Part shown: positions 12,805 to 26,015 of the stretch, one piece after another
Layout of the letters: each line of letters starts with the position of its first letter
Numbering within the stretch: the first letter of the stretch is position 1
Assembly: GCF_006345805.1 (NCBI RefSeq)
Contig: NC_042998.1
Span: 84,816,001 to 84,880,000 of the forward strand
Length of the DNA stretch: 64,000 bases
Reading direction: 5' to 3'
Source: Octopus sinensis
Taxonomy: Eukaryota
The notes under the pieces: generated by a model
Databases searched by the model: none
Seen by the model: only the letters and a program-made list of their open reading frames with translations
What the model was told of the DNA's origin: nothing
Position numbers and translations under genes: made by a program

Positions 12805-14630
12805 GTGAGAATTATGCTTTTACATTTTGATTAGTTATGAAACATACCTTAGGAAAATTTTTTTCTAATCAGTGTATTTGTTTTCTGAAGTGTTTTTGAT
12901 TTATAAACTCAATATATTGCTTTTTCTTCTAACTTTTAATATTTTAATTGTTTCATTGAATTGTCTTAGATTTTATCTTTCACTTGTTTCATTCAGTGGA
13001 CTGCAGCCATCATGGGACATCACCATAAAGTCAAACAAATCGAACTTAGTGTTTTTCTTTTTAAAATCTGGTACTTATATTATCAGCCTCTTTTACAGAA
13101 CCACTAAGATATGAGTAATTAAACTAACACTGGTAGTCAAATAATGGAGTAACAGACAGAAACACAAAGATACGTGCATATGTACATCAGGAATCTTTCA
13201 GTGTCTGTTTACCACATTCACTTACAATGCTTTGGTTGGTCTGGGCCTACAATAAACGACACTTGTTCATGTTGCTACACAGTGTAAAACCATGTGGTTA
13301 AGAAGCAAACTTCTTACCATACAACTATGCTGTATGTTTTTGGTGCTGCTTTTAGCTCCTGGTCATCCCTGATCGACTGTTGTTAGTAAAGTATTTCAGC
13401 CATGTTCATTCTAGCTTTTTTTTTTTATTTTTCTTCCATGCTTAGTGTACTTCAGAATATACTATACAATGTGTCCTTCATTTTTGAAGACAACAGAATG
13501 TGATTTTGAGGTAGAAAGGAGAGATTTGGCTGCTATCTCTGGCAGATCAGAGAATTATTCTGGTTCTTAGATTTTGTTGTTCTTTCTGTTTGTTGTTGTA
13601 TGTGTTTATGTTTTAGTTTTCATTCATTTAATTTTAAGTCATTCAAGTTAGATGAAAATGTTTGAGGTTTAACTGCTGGTTATCTTGATATGGAACTAGT
13701 ATTGTGGATTGGGCAAAAAAGGAACTTTCAGAAACTTGACTGAAAAACTAGAAAGCTGTTGGCTGAGCTCTCCATCAGTTATGACAATGAGTATTCTAGT
13801 TGATTTGATCATTGAAACAGACTGCTTGGGAAATTAGCATGCAAATGGCTGAGCAATACCACAGACACACACACCCTTAACTTAGTTCTCGAGGAGATTC
13901 AGCATGATTATGTATAGTGCCCATCATCTGAAAGTTGATGTTAGCTGGTTGTAGTTAAACTGAGAATAGGATAGATGAGGCTTAATTGCTGTGGAAGAGT
14001 GTGTACAGATGGAAAGAAAAAAGCCTACTAGATTATTTACAGAACAGCACAGAGAAGTTACTAAAGGCAGTGAATAAAGAACAGGTGATCAATTGTGGAA
14101 TAGGAGAAAAGGACAAGAATGATGAGAAACTTTTGGATAGTCAGTTTTGGTAAGCCACTGAGGATGTATGTGGAACAAAATCCTGAGTTTGGTTGGAAAA
14201 AGGGTAATTGAAAGAAGAAACAGAGAACCTTATTATACAACAGCTCAAGATTAAGTGTTACAAACAACTTGAGAAAATAAGTGTATAGAGAGAAGTGTTA
14301 TCAAAATGTAGAGTATGGGGAATTCAGGATGAAACAATGGCACACATTGTTGCAGAATGTCCCAATTTGATTCATAGGGAATATAAGAAATGGAGGTGTG
14401 ACTAAGTTGTGAAAGTTTTATACTGGAAGCTTTGTCAGAAATGGAGGTTTGAAGCTGGAAGTACTTGGTATAATCATTGGGTTAAAAGAGTGCTTGAGCT
14501 CATGAGATGCAAAATTTTATAGGATTTTCCAATTCAAACATATAACAGGATAGAGAATAATGATCCAGATATAACAATAATAGACAAGGAAAAGAGAATT
14601 TTCTTTCTGATTAACCCATCATGTCCATTT

Positions 14631-14781
14631 CTATATTTAAGAGATGAGGAATTATGTACATTATTTACATTTGTCAGATATTTGTCCTCATCTTGTTTGT
14701 TGTTAACACAATGTTTCTATCAGGTAGTACTGGTTAGCAGCTGCTAACCCCAAGATCCCGAGTTTGATTCCAGGTAGTAAT

Positions 14782-14816
<35 letters not shown>

Positions 14817-14957
14817 CAACAACATAGAAAACTACCTTAAGAATGAGAACCCAGGTTCAAAATTTCCCCAAGACACCTGATGAAAGCTGGAGGGTATATC
14901 AGCTGAAACATTGTGTTAATAAACAAGATGAGGACAAATATCCGTCAAATGTAAATT
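14631..14957 (+). mobile_element. tRNA-headed non-autonomous element with a Penelope-type hammerhead tail and a 5' inverted copy of its 3' end
   Basis: Candidate TSD ATGTC(C/A)ATTT at 14621-14630 and 14958-14967. Inverted arms 14663-14717 and 14905-14956. B-box-like GAGTTTGATTCC at 14760-14771, then an (AAT)n(AAC)n spacer. Confidence 0.65.
14872..14917 (+). ncRNA. Minimal type I hammerhead ribozyme motif
   Basis: Stem I GACAC(14872-76)/GTGTT(14913-17); CTGATGA 14877-83; stem II AGCTGG/TCAGCT; GAAA 14905-08. The C15.2 partner is A instead of G (14910), so this copy is probably inactive. Confidence 0.65.
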
Positions 14958-15986
14958 ATGTCAATTTGATTCCAGAATTGTGAATAAAGATGATGAAAAG
15001 TTAAGAAAATACAATCCTTAAAATTTGAGATTGTGAGAATTTGGAATATGAAGCCTGTAAATGGTTGTGCCTGTGATAAGTGGTGCACTAGGAACTGTGA
15101 ATAATGATACAGACAAATGGTTGAAGTAAATTAGAATGGAATGTACTGTTGAGCATTTACAGAAAGTTTGTCTCTCAGGAACAAGAGAGATCATCAGAAG
15201 GGTTTTAAGTACTTAAGGGGTTATTGAAATCATGTGAATATCTAAGGTTACAGGTAGTAACCTGCTACTGACATAAATTCTACCAGGATATAAAACCAAT
15301 ACTGAGTCAATAATAATAGAAATTATAATAATGGTTTCTGACTTAGAATAAGGTCAGTAGATTAAGATACGGTTTAGTTGATACCATCAACCTAAGTACT
15401 TGATGGTACTTTATTTTATTGACCCCAAAAGGATGAAATACAAAGTTGACCTCACTAAGATATCAGAAAAGAATGTAAAGTGAACGAAGAAATGTTGCAA
15501 ATCATTTTCTTAATATTCTAAAGTTTCTACCAATCTACCATCCTGCATTTCTGATTTAGGCCCAAGGCCAACAGTTTTAAAGGAGAGCAGGTTAGTTGCT
15601 ATTATCAACTTTACAGATACATTTTTTTAGGCAAAGTTGACTTTGGTGAAATTTGAACTCCAAATGTAAAAAGTCAGAACAAATACCACAAAGTATTTTT
15701 TCCAATGCTCTAACAATTGTGCCATCCCATTGCTATTTATAAGGTTTCTGATTAAGACCAGCAATTTAAGGTAGAGGTTGGTCAATGCAACGCCCAATAA
15801 CTAACAAAACAAACTGATATAGACACCTCCAGGAAGAGTCTTCACTCTCCCACAAAAATAAGAACACAATGTTACACACACCAGAAACACAGAGATGTGG
15901 TGTAGTAGAATCTCACATGAAATTACTAAAGAAAAAAAAATAGCAATTTTGTAATTGAATTGTAATTCACTTTTTCTGTTGTTTAA

Positions 15987-16142
<156 letters not shown>

Positions 16143-16427
16143 TGATGATTTGTTTCTTTGTTTTATTCAAATTTATTGCTATGTTTATTCATTTATTTAG
16201 TTTGTATTCCAATTTTTCCAAATTTAATAAAAAAAGACAGCAACACCACTATCTACTGTACCATCACTTTGTTTCTCTTGTCATACTGCTGCTCCAGCAC
16301 TATATCTATTACATAACTCTTTTCTCAGTCAAGTCACTGTTTTCTCCATCATTCTTTAACTTTCCTTCATCCATCTACTTTAGTTCTTCTGTCAGCACTC
16401 TCTTTTTCTTGTCATGTTACCTTAAAT

Positions 16428-16792
16428 CAGTGATTCTCAACCATTTTTTTCCTATGAACCCCTTTGATTTCTATTTTCCTCAGGTGGAATTTCCTTGTCA
16501 TTTGATGTTTGACTTAGTATTTAAACTGACCTCTCACACCTACCCTACAATGTCATTCTAAAAATAAACTGTCATATTAAAATCTTGAAGCTATAAGATA
16601 ATGCATGATTAATTCAAAACAATGTGAATAAATAAAAATTACATTTAACAGAGTTATATTTTTATAATTAAATATCATTAGGAATTGTATTAAAAAATTG
16701 TTAAAATTTTTTGTGTATTGTATGTAAAACCAATTTACTGCACATAAATTTTAATGACAAAATCTTATATGGCTCCTGTTTGAGAACCACTG
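16428..16792. mobile_element. hAT-type MITE
   Basis: TIRs CAGTGATTCTCAA / TTGAGAACCACTG; 8-bp TSD CCTTAAAT (16420-27) / CCTTGAAT (16793-800). A shorter inverted relative lies at about 43975-44179. Confidence 0.8.
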
Positions 16793-17851
16793 CCTTGAAT
16801 GAAAAGAAATACTCTAGAGTATTGAGGATTCTTTAGTCTTGCAGAACACAAGGCAATGTTAACATTACTGGTGTCATGATAAAGTACACCCAGTACACTG
16901 AGTAAAATGGTTAGCAAATGAGCAGAGAAAGTATAAGGTTGAGGTTGTTTAGTCTATCTGAATACATGATGACCTTTCTAGTATTGATGCTGTGATAAAA
17001 TATCTCTACAGCACTAGTGAAGGCATATGGCCTAGTGGTAAGGGTGTTTCACTTATGAGCACAAAATCATTGTTTCAATTCCTGGACTGGGCAGTGTGTT
17101 GTACTCTTGAACAAAATACTTCCTTTGACACTGCTCTGCGATCACTTCAACAGCTGATGTGTGACACACTGTGCATCTGTACAGGTAATATCAATTTGTT
17201 GATGGGAATGAGCTAATGTACAACACAAACAATTTATCTCTGTAAACAAATCATCTGTGCAGATTATCCAGCAAGAAGTTGTAGAACCCTCATCTGTCAT
17301 TAACAATAGAAGTCTCCACCACATTTTGTCAAGTGGAAGGCACACAGCAATAGAAGCCATATCAGAAATAGAATGTATGAGATATGATTCTCTAAACTGT
17401 CTACATAAACATATCAAATTCTTTCCCAAATAAATTTTCACTTCATTTTAGAAGCTCCAAGGAAGCTATAAGAAGATGAACATGCACTCAGTGCACTTGT
17501 AGGTTAGTGTTAGGAAGAGCACCCAACTGCAGAAACCTTGCCAAAGCAAACATTGATGCTCAATGCAGTTCACTGGCTTGCCAGCTCCTGTCAAATCATT
17601 CAGCCCACACAAGCAGAAAAAATACATTAAATGATGATGATTATAGTATATGAACTTGTACCTGTATGAGAAGTCATTATCTTTGCCTGAAAGATGAAAT
17701 AGCCAATTAGATAAGATTTGAATTCCTCCAAGTGGATAGCGTAGTATTGTCTCTTGGGCAATATACTTAATTGTACTTTCCTATGTCTTTATTCCTGATT
17801 AATTCCTAATAAGTCATTATTTTTGATATTGTATATTTTTACTCTGTTTAG

Positions 17852-17993
17852 GAACAGTACATATATATCCACCGCTGTATACTATATGCAATACAAGGAG
17901 ATAACAAAGATATCTATGAAAATGAAACTTACATGAATGAAAATATATATGAAAATACGAATGCAGGCCATGTAAATAAAGCATTTTTGTATG
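17852..17993 (+). CDS. Ptp10D: Ptp10D-like RPTP exon (end of the catalytic domain plus tyrosine-rich tail)
   Basis: ctctgtttag| and G|gtaagt; 142 nt, phase 0/1. EQYIYIHRCILYAIQGDNKDIYENETYMNENIYENTNAGHVNKAFLY(D). Confidence 0.93.
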
Positions 17994-20900
17994 GTAAGTA
18001 GGCACTTTTTTCTATTTGCTGATTTCCTTTTCTCATATCATGTCATTTGATGTGATTCTTTGCTTTAAATAAATTTATTATTTTAAGACTGAACTCTACA
18101 AATTAAAAATGAAATTAAACATTTATGATTAAAAAAAGCTAATGTTATTTTGTTTATAAAAAAAATGTGAAAAGTGTTTTAGGTTAAATCTATTTGTATC
18201 CTTTCTATTCATTCAAATTGTAAAGGAAGTACATGAGAATATCTGAGAATACATTATTTTGATTTTCATGAAACACTTTATATGGATCATAAATTATCTG
18301 ATTTTCGTTTCTAAGTTAATTGAAATACTTTAAGAAAAGTTTGAAATGCAGGAATTAGATCGAAATAATTGGAAATTAATACAAGACATGTTATTGTCAA
18401 TGAACCCAGAAAAAGCTGTATTTAAAATTCATCTGGGGTGAAATTAGAATATTATTTGTTCACAATGCAACAAGGTTTTTCATACAAGATAATTTAGAAT
18501 TCTTGGCAATCTGATTCCATATCTTCAGGTATTTAAATTGAGAGCATAAATTAAATCTCAAACTAACATGCCAGCCACTTTATATAACAATCCTTTATGT
18601 TCCAATTCATGGATTTGTCTGTAAAATTGTTGGCTAGATTAAAGTCTCATAAAGCACAGACATTAGATTTAAAAACAAAAAACAAAATAAAACACAAAAA
18701 GTGCTGCTAGACCCTCATACTTTGAAATGAACAGCAGAATCCATTATATTATATGCATACATGTATTAGTTGTTTCCAATCCAATTTGTTAATACCTGAG
18801 ATATTTTTAATAACAATTTTCATATTGTGTGTATATATGTATTGTGATGTTGTGGTTTCTTAAGGAGTGCTTTGTTTTGCTATTTTCTGCTTTTACTTGG
18901 ATATAAATCAATGGAATGAGCAGTCAATGCTGGTGCCATAGACTTCAGTTGCAATTTTGCTTTGCTAGCTACTTACTAACTATATTAGTAACCATTTCAA
19001 ATTCACAAGTGCTGTGAGCCTTCATTATGTTTACTACACAGTAATATTTCAGATTTTGTCAATTTAAAACTTATAAAACCTATGGAAGTGAAATGGATTT
19101 GGACATAGATTTTTTTGTTGACTTGAAAGAGTTCACAGAACTATATTATAGTATTCTAAAGATCAGTAAGTGGTGGAACATCAGAAAAATAAAAGACTTT
19201 GCAGTGTTTGATTATGCTTTGGACAATTTTATCAACTTCATCCTCCCACAAAATGTATGGTGTTGTGTTAAAAATTGATATCATCTTAGCAGCATTTTAG
19301 GCCCCTGGGCAAATCATTGCACTAGAACCTATAATATTTATTACCTGATAGCATGTCACAGCATACTTTGATCATGATCGTGCTACTAGACCTGTGAGGT
19401 TCCTGGGCAACTGCTCATGTCTTAAGATTATAACTTTTTCAAGTTAAACACATTACAAATAGCAAAATTATTTGTGTTCATTAATTAAATATTTTATATT
19501 TTATTAATTACAATGAGGTTTGTTGAATTGAAATGTAGACTGTTCAGTTCATCTCAAAATGGAGAAGATTATCATCATTTTGGTATTATTTCACTAGTTT
19601 AAAACGGATATTTTTATTTTAATGAACCTTTCCGTTAATTTTTGCATCTGTTTTTCCATGATAGCGTGGGTTAGACAAATATATTATTGAAACCTTGTTT
19701 TACATACCCTTTCTGTCTGTAACTTTATGTGTTTTTTAAGTAGATAGGAGAAAATTCAGAGGATGATTTTTACAGAAGAAATTACAACAGCATCACTATT
19801 TATAGCTTGTGATTTTCTGAGAAGCAGAAATGTAAATAAATGTACAAATACATCCATGCATACATACAGTTTATTTACCGTAAAAATATTAGGTAATAGA
19901 AATATACAGCATGTAGCAATTGAAACTTCATCTTGAAATATTATTTTAAGAGTAATTCTGAAATACTGAAAACAGCTAAAAAGAAAAAACGAAACAGTGT
20001 AAATAGAAGTGAGGACATATGAGGCATTGTTGTATTATCATTTCAGTTACATGCTGGTTACTAGAGTGGTGAGTTCTTTTGATAAAAACAGTTACCCTTT
20101 ACTGATGATGTTCAGGTTGGATACATCTATATTTTAGTGACATCTATGTTTAGAGTTTTTGTCAATCTTTTAGCTAAATGTTAAATTCCTCAGAATATGT
20201 AGTCATGCACTGTTTCAATTGTTGCTGATGTTGATGTTTATTTACATCCAGATCAGTCCTAACAATAATGCATTGCAGCTTCAGGTATGATGTATCTATG
20301 ACTGCTTTATCTGTTTTGTCTTTTCCAACATGGTGTAGTTTTAAGAGAGGTTTGGCTGCTATTCGTAACAGGTCTAGTCACTATATAGAGAATGCAGATT
20401 GCATCAGCATTTTTTGATGGTGCTACTTTTGAATGACAAATGTGAGACATCTGTTAAAATTTTAAAAAATGTATCTGATAGACATTCCCAAGACTGAATT
20501 GGTCGTGCAATGGTTGTAATTTCCTCAGACCACCTCAGAATTTCTTGTCATTCAGGTCCCTCCCAGAAGTAATACTCTACTCCATGAATGATAATCCAAA
20601 TTGTCAGTATGGTATAAAAGCACTGAATTTTACAAATTATGCCTTCACTGTGTTGGTTGAGAAAAAGGCCTTACCATATATAAGGAAAAATCCTGACCAA
20701 AACTATCCCTTAAATATCTCCTCAGTTATGCAAAACTTGGAACCATGAGTAGTCCATTATAAACAGCAAAGCTTCTATATGGTTCAGTTCCACATTATTA
20801 GGATGTTATTAGAAAATGTAGGTCAAAATTGGTTGCACATATACAGCCAAAATTAAGAGTATTTGAGTACAACAATATCAATGTGAATTATGGTACTCAA

Positions 20901-22658
20901 TATCAATTATGGTACTCAAGCAATACCAGTCAAACAACTGAGTTTTTTTTTTAAACTTCAGACATAGCTTCTTTATCTTCTTTTACTTGTCTTAGTCATT
21001 GGACTGCAGCCATGCTAGGGCACTACCTTTTCAAGTTTGATACTTATTCTAGTGCTTTTTTTTTGTTCGTTTTTATGTGCCAAACTGCTAAATTACAGGA
21101 TGTAAACAAACCAAATTTGGTTGTCAGATGGTGTGGTGGAGTGACAAACACAAAGATGCATGCAACAGCCTTCCACTCAGTTTCTGTACACCAAATTCAC
21201 TCACAAGGATTATTATGGCTCCTGGGAGCCATAATAAAAAACACTCACCCAAGATGCTATGCAGTGGGACTGAACCCAAAACTACACAGCTGCAAAGCAA
21301 GCTTTTTAATGATACAGCCACAGAATGAATGTTTCAAATGTTAAAGAGAAAGAGTGAGAAGTAGTGGTTCTAATAAAAGTCATATGTAGAAGTTTGGGTT
21401 ATAAAAAAGAAAGCAGCTAATTGAGAAGTTAAAATAAGCTATACCTGCTAATACATTATTAGGTGCCAGAAACTGCAAAAGGAATTTTGGAAGGCCAGCA
21501 TTTAGTGTTAAGTCTGATTGATGAATACTAATTGCAAGTGGTGTAGCACAACACATAAATGGGACTCCTGAGATTTATGTTTGTTTTAAACCACAAGATG
21601 TTCAGTTTGTGTATGACTTTATTTGAAAACAGTAAGTTAAATGCCAGCAGAAAAGTCCTTTTTACTCAAATATGCTAATCAGTGACTGGATCTAAAAGCT
21701 AGAATTATAAAACCATCTGTTGAATTATAACATTAAAATGCATGAGGCAGTAGAGCACAAAGAACTTTGCTTCATCTACGGAAGAAATGTTGAAATAAAT
21801 GCGGAAGTAATTAATATGGTGAGCACTATAACATTCATTAATTGCAATTATATCTATCAAGGATAGACATGGTAGTGCTTGACTAAACCAAAGGCAAGGG
21901 TAATAACTCATAATTACAAAAGCTGGTTGTGTCTGTTGGTAATTAAATGTAGTTATCAAGTTGTATCTAAATCATAAGGAGCAAATAATTTCTTGTGGAG
22001 TATATTATTGTTTTATTATTTAACATACATTTTTTTTTTACTGGTCATGGTATGCTTTTATCTGCTTTTGATTAATAACACAATTAGAACTCGCATTCAA
22101 AGTGACATTCATAAACTTCACATAGATATTAGTTCACAATTTCTGCTTTACTTGTTACTAACTGTAGTAACTCACTTACGTCTACAGTTGCTGGGAGCCA
22201 TCATAATTTTGGAAAACTAATTTTGGAAAGGTATTGGTGTCTTATATTTAAAAGAACATTTTAGTTTTTCCTTTGTGTCTTAATTCTAGGTCCTTTTTTC
22301 CATGCTGGTATATCGTGGAAAGATCTGCAGATTCAGACATTTGCAGGTGTTCTTGGAGCAGGTATTTCACAACTGGATGCTTTCCCCAAAGCCAACACTA
22401 GTAGGATTAGACTTTATTTTCCAGATAGTTAGACTGAGGCAAGTAGAGAGTCATCTACCTCATCCAAAGAAATGTTATTTGGTTGTTGTGTATATAAAAT
22501 AGTGGTATATTTTGTTCCAGCCAGTTGATATAAGGCTGTCAATGAATTAATAATAAATTAAAGATGAATAGGCAGGTATGGAGTTAAGAAGTGTGAGATT
22601 ATAAAAAACTTATGTGCTGTTTGGCAGAATATTGTTCTATGTGGCGTTCAATTATAAA

Positions 22659-23096
22659 TAATTAAAAATACACATTAAGTACAGGACATAACCAGCGAGT
22701 GAAAAATACGTAAACACACGGGAGATAAGTACAGGACAAATACAAAAAAAATACACAATAAGTACAGGATATCACCAATGAGTGGAAAATACGTAAATAT
22801 ATAGAGATAAGTACAGGACAAAATACCAAAGAAAGTGTAAATCCTCCTCAGTTGTCGATTGTTTATTACTACCTGTTTCAAGCTTTCACCGATGCTCAAA
22901 ACAGATTGTAATAAACAGTTGACAACAGAGGAGGAGTTAGACTTCTTTTGGTATTTTGTCCTGTACTTATCTCTGTGTGTTTACATATTTTTCACTCATT
23001 GGTGATATCCTGTATTAATGTGTATTTTTTGGGTATTCGTCCTGTACTTATCTCTCATGTGTTTACATATGGTAATGTCCTGTACTTAATGTGTAT

Positions 23097-23105
<9 letters not shown>
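22659..23105. mobile_element. Foldback-type MITE; the whole element is an imperfect palindrome with modular subterminal repeats
   Basis: Ends TAATTAAAAATACACATTAAGTACAGGACA / TGTCCTGTACTTAATGTGTATTTTTAATTA. TAAGTACAGGA occurs four times on the left, with reverse-complement copies on the right. Confidence 0.8.
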
Positions 23106-23127
<22 letters not shown>

Positions 23128-25049
23128 ATGCATATTTGTTCCCTCTTGTTTAGAATAAATTATGAATTAAATATGTGTATTTGTAAATGCCTGTCTGTAG
23201 ATGGGTGCATCTGCACATAATGATTAGTCAATATTAGAACTGATTTTGATTAATGAAAAGCTCCATAATCTTTTAATCAAGCTCTTTTGTTTTTGTTTTT
23301 TTTTTAATAAGTTAGTCAGGAGGTGTAGGGCAATCCCCTTTTTCAGACCATCCTGTGTAGTGAGATTGATGAAAGTGTTGGTATTCAACTTTTCTGTAGA
23401 TCAAAGTTTCTGTAGATCAAATTTTCTGACAGAAATGTGGGCAAAGAAAACATTCTATAAGTTTACAGTTCTGGAGAGGAAGGTTTGGGTGAAGTGTGGG
23501 AGAAAGGAGGAGGATAGATTGGAGAGGATGTAGCTGAAAGAAGAGGCACAGGAAAGAAACTGCGCATCTGTCAGCTACTGGTTGAAGTATGGTGATGAGT
23601 AAATCTTTGTCAATCAGTGGAATGTCCTTTTGGATATGAGATGTCTATGCAAAGCAGAATCAACAGCACAAGCTGTACCATGTCAAAGACATGAGTTTGT
23701 CCGTGAGAAATCTATGAATGTAATTAGTCCTAGGTAATTAAGTGATATTAGCTTTGAATTTATAGAGTATTGAAGATATATTTTAATTTTTTCGACGTAT
23801 CTGTGTGGTTTGGTTGTTGTTAAGTTCATGTAAGTTGTTAGTGCCGAAGCTCAGAATGTGTAGAAGGTGCATAATAATGATGGTGTACTAGGTCACATTA
23901 ATTATTATGACTTTGTGTGGACAATTTTTGTAATTAGATGGATACACAAATGGATAAGACTAGAGTGGTGTCATGGATGTAGGAAAATATTTGATTAGAA
24001 ATGATAAGCTTTTTAGTAATATAATGGAAGAAGATTATGAGGAAATGCAAATAAATTTCTAAAGAGCTCTGAAACAGTTATGAATAAACATGGCAATTCA
24101 TGTTAATAGATGGAAGTATTATCTTTAATGTATAACTGAACACACCAAGAAATTTGCTTCTAGAACCATGAGTGTATAATGTAGTATGCTAAGCAATCTG
24201 TAACCTGTTGGTATGGTTTTCATCATCATTATCATTTAACATCTGTTTTCCATGCTGGCATGGGTTGGAGAGTGCTGCATCAGGCTCCAGTCTGATTTGA
24301 GATGGTTTCTTCAGCTGAACGCATTTCCTAACATCAACCACTTTACAGAGTGTGCTTGGTGCTTTTACGTGGCACCGCACGAGCGCTTATACATAGCACT
24401 GGCACAAATGCTTTTTACATGACACCGGTACAGGACTCTCACAGTCCAATCTTCTTTACCAGAGTGAACAGCCTTAACTTATCTACTGTGGAGTATGGAT
24501 TTTCTCAGCAGAAGTGTTAAGGTCATTTCCCCTGGTGAAGAAGATTGGCCTGTGAGAGTCCTGTGCTGGTGCCACGTAAAAAGTACTCATGCTGGTACCA
24601 CATAAAAGCACTTGTGCAGTGCCACATAAAAGCACCCAGCACACTCTGTAAAGTGATTTTCTGAAATTTTATTTGTGATAAAAATGCAGTAAATATTCTA
24701 AGTTTTGCAGATTGTATTTCATATTTCTCTCCTCCCACTCTCTCATACTCATACTATTTCTATGTTTCTGCAAAAATTATTTAAGTGAATGCTTCTCCAG
24801 GGGTGGTGGTCATTAGGTGTTTCGCGTCTTTCAACATCAGACACTCTTACCTAGGTGACCCAGCCAAATTTATAGTTATAGTTATAGCTTGACATGCAGA
24901 TGAAGAAAATTTATTTTGGTGTAGGAAATGGCTTGCAAACCATTAAAATGGATGCTGTGGGTGAAATAGGTACTTTTAAAGTGAATATACTGTTGACAAA
25001 TCATCACTTTATAGCAATAATAATAATAATAATAATGATAATAATGATG

Positions 25050-25084
<35 letters not shown>

Positions 25085-25499
25085 CACCTCATGGAGGCAA
25101 TGTGGAAGATGCTGGTGTCACATAACTAGCACCCATGCCAGTGACATGTAAAAAGCACCTTTCATGTGTTGAGCCTCATGGAGGCAATGACAAATGACTG
25201 AGACCTTTAGCAATGTGCTGTGCTTGAGTAGAAGACCCATCAAGCCAAGTGAAACCATAGTCATGTCAGATACTGGTGTCATGCAACTGGCACCCATGCT
25301 GGTGGAACATAAAAGCACTCATTACATTCTTGGAGTGATTAGTGTTAGAAAGGGTATCTAGCTGTAGAAACCATACAAAAATCAAACTGGAGTCTGGTGC
25401 AGCCCCTCTGCTTACCAGCCCTGGTCAAACCATCCAACCCATGTCAGCATGGACAATGGACATTAAATGATGATGATGATGAAAAATAACAAAGTTATT

Positions 25500-25870
25500 A
25501 TATACAGTGCTCAGATGCACTACAACTCATCAGAAAGAGTAGCCAAAAGTGCATGAACAGTACTTAAAATATTCACAGGAAATGAATGAATCATTAGAAA
25601 AAAAGGGATGTGGTAGGGGGAGATCAGGTATATTGTTGGGGAATTTCAGGAAGCATGGAAGTTTTGAAGGATGAAGTGTCCCAATAGCTAAACAATTGAT
25701 GTAAGTAGTTTATTCCATTCTTCAACAATTCTGTGTAAAAAAATGTTTCTGAAATTGGATAGTAGGAGAGAAAAAAAAATATAACTGTAATTGAGAAGAA
25801 CCGAGAATGTATGCATTGATTTGGGCAAAGCCATTTTCACATCCTCATAGTCTAATTGCCAAGGTTGCAA
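25500..25870 (-). mobile_element. CR1-clade LINE 3' fragment, same family as 4570-5760
   Basis: Shares CAGTGCTCAG.TGCACTACAACTCATCA and the downstream UTR. Minus strand reads NIFLHRIVEEWNKLLTSIV. Confidence 0.7.
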
Positions 25871-26015
25871 CTACGCATCAAGTATCCTTGATCAGATTAA
25901 ACTTAAAACTTTTCTGTATGTCAAAAGTTTTATTCATTATCCAGCAATGCAACAGTTTTTGGTAAGCAGAATTGATTTTTACGATTCTGTAAATGATAAT
26001 AATAATAATAATAAT

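Larger units (their letters stand above)
13915..15310 (+). mobile_element. Decayed RLE-type (R4/Dong-like) LINE 3' region, interrupted by an insertion at 14631-14957
   Basis: Remnants KCRVWGIQDETMAHIVAECPNL (CCHC-like), KVLYWKLCQKWRFEAG, PDITIIDKEK, VPVISGALGTV, EHLQKVCLSGTREIIRRVL. TAA-rich tail; many stops and frameshifts. Confidence 0.75.

Noticed and set aside
18335-18441. Possible alternative terminal exon in phase 1 (EKFEMQELDRNNWKLIQDMLLSMNPEKAVFKIHLG*)
   Set aside because: The frame fits the 17993 donor, but the acceptor is AAG with a poor pyrimidine tract and the peptide has no recognisable motif. Junction reads would be needed.
20545-20748. 67-aa ORF in the last intron with a nearby CAG acceptor
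   Set aside because: The acceptor at 20555 is phase 2 for this ORF and incompatible with the upstream phase-1 donor; no homology recognised.
22675-23060. Regularly recurring TAAGTACAGGA units resembling a CRISPR array
   Set aside because: The repeats are short, the spacers are similar to each other and mirrored on the other arm, the context is eukaryotic, and no cas genes are present. Explained as foldback subterminal repeats.
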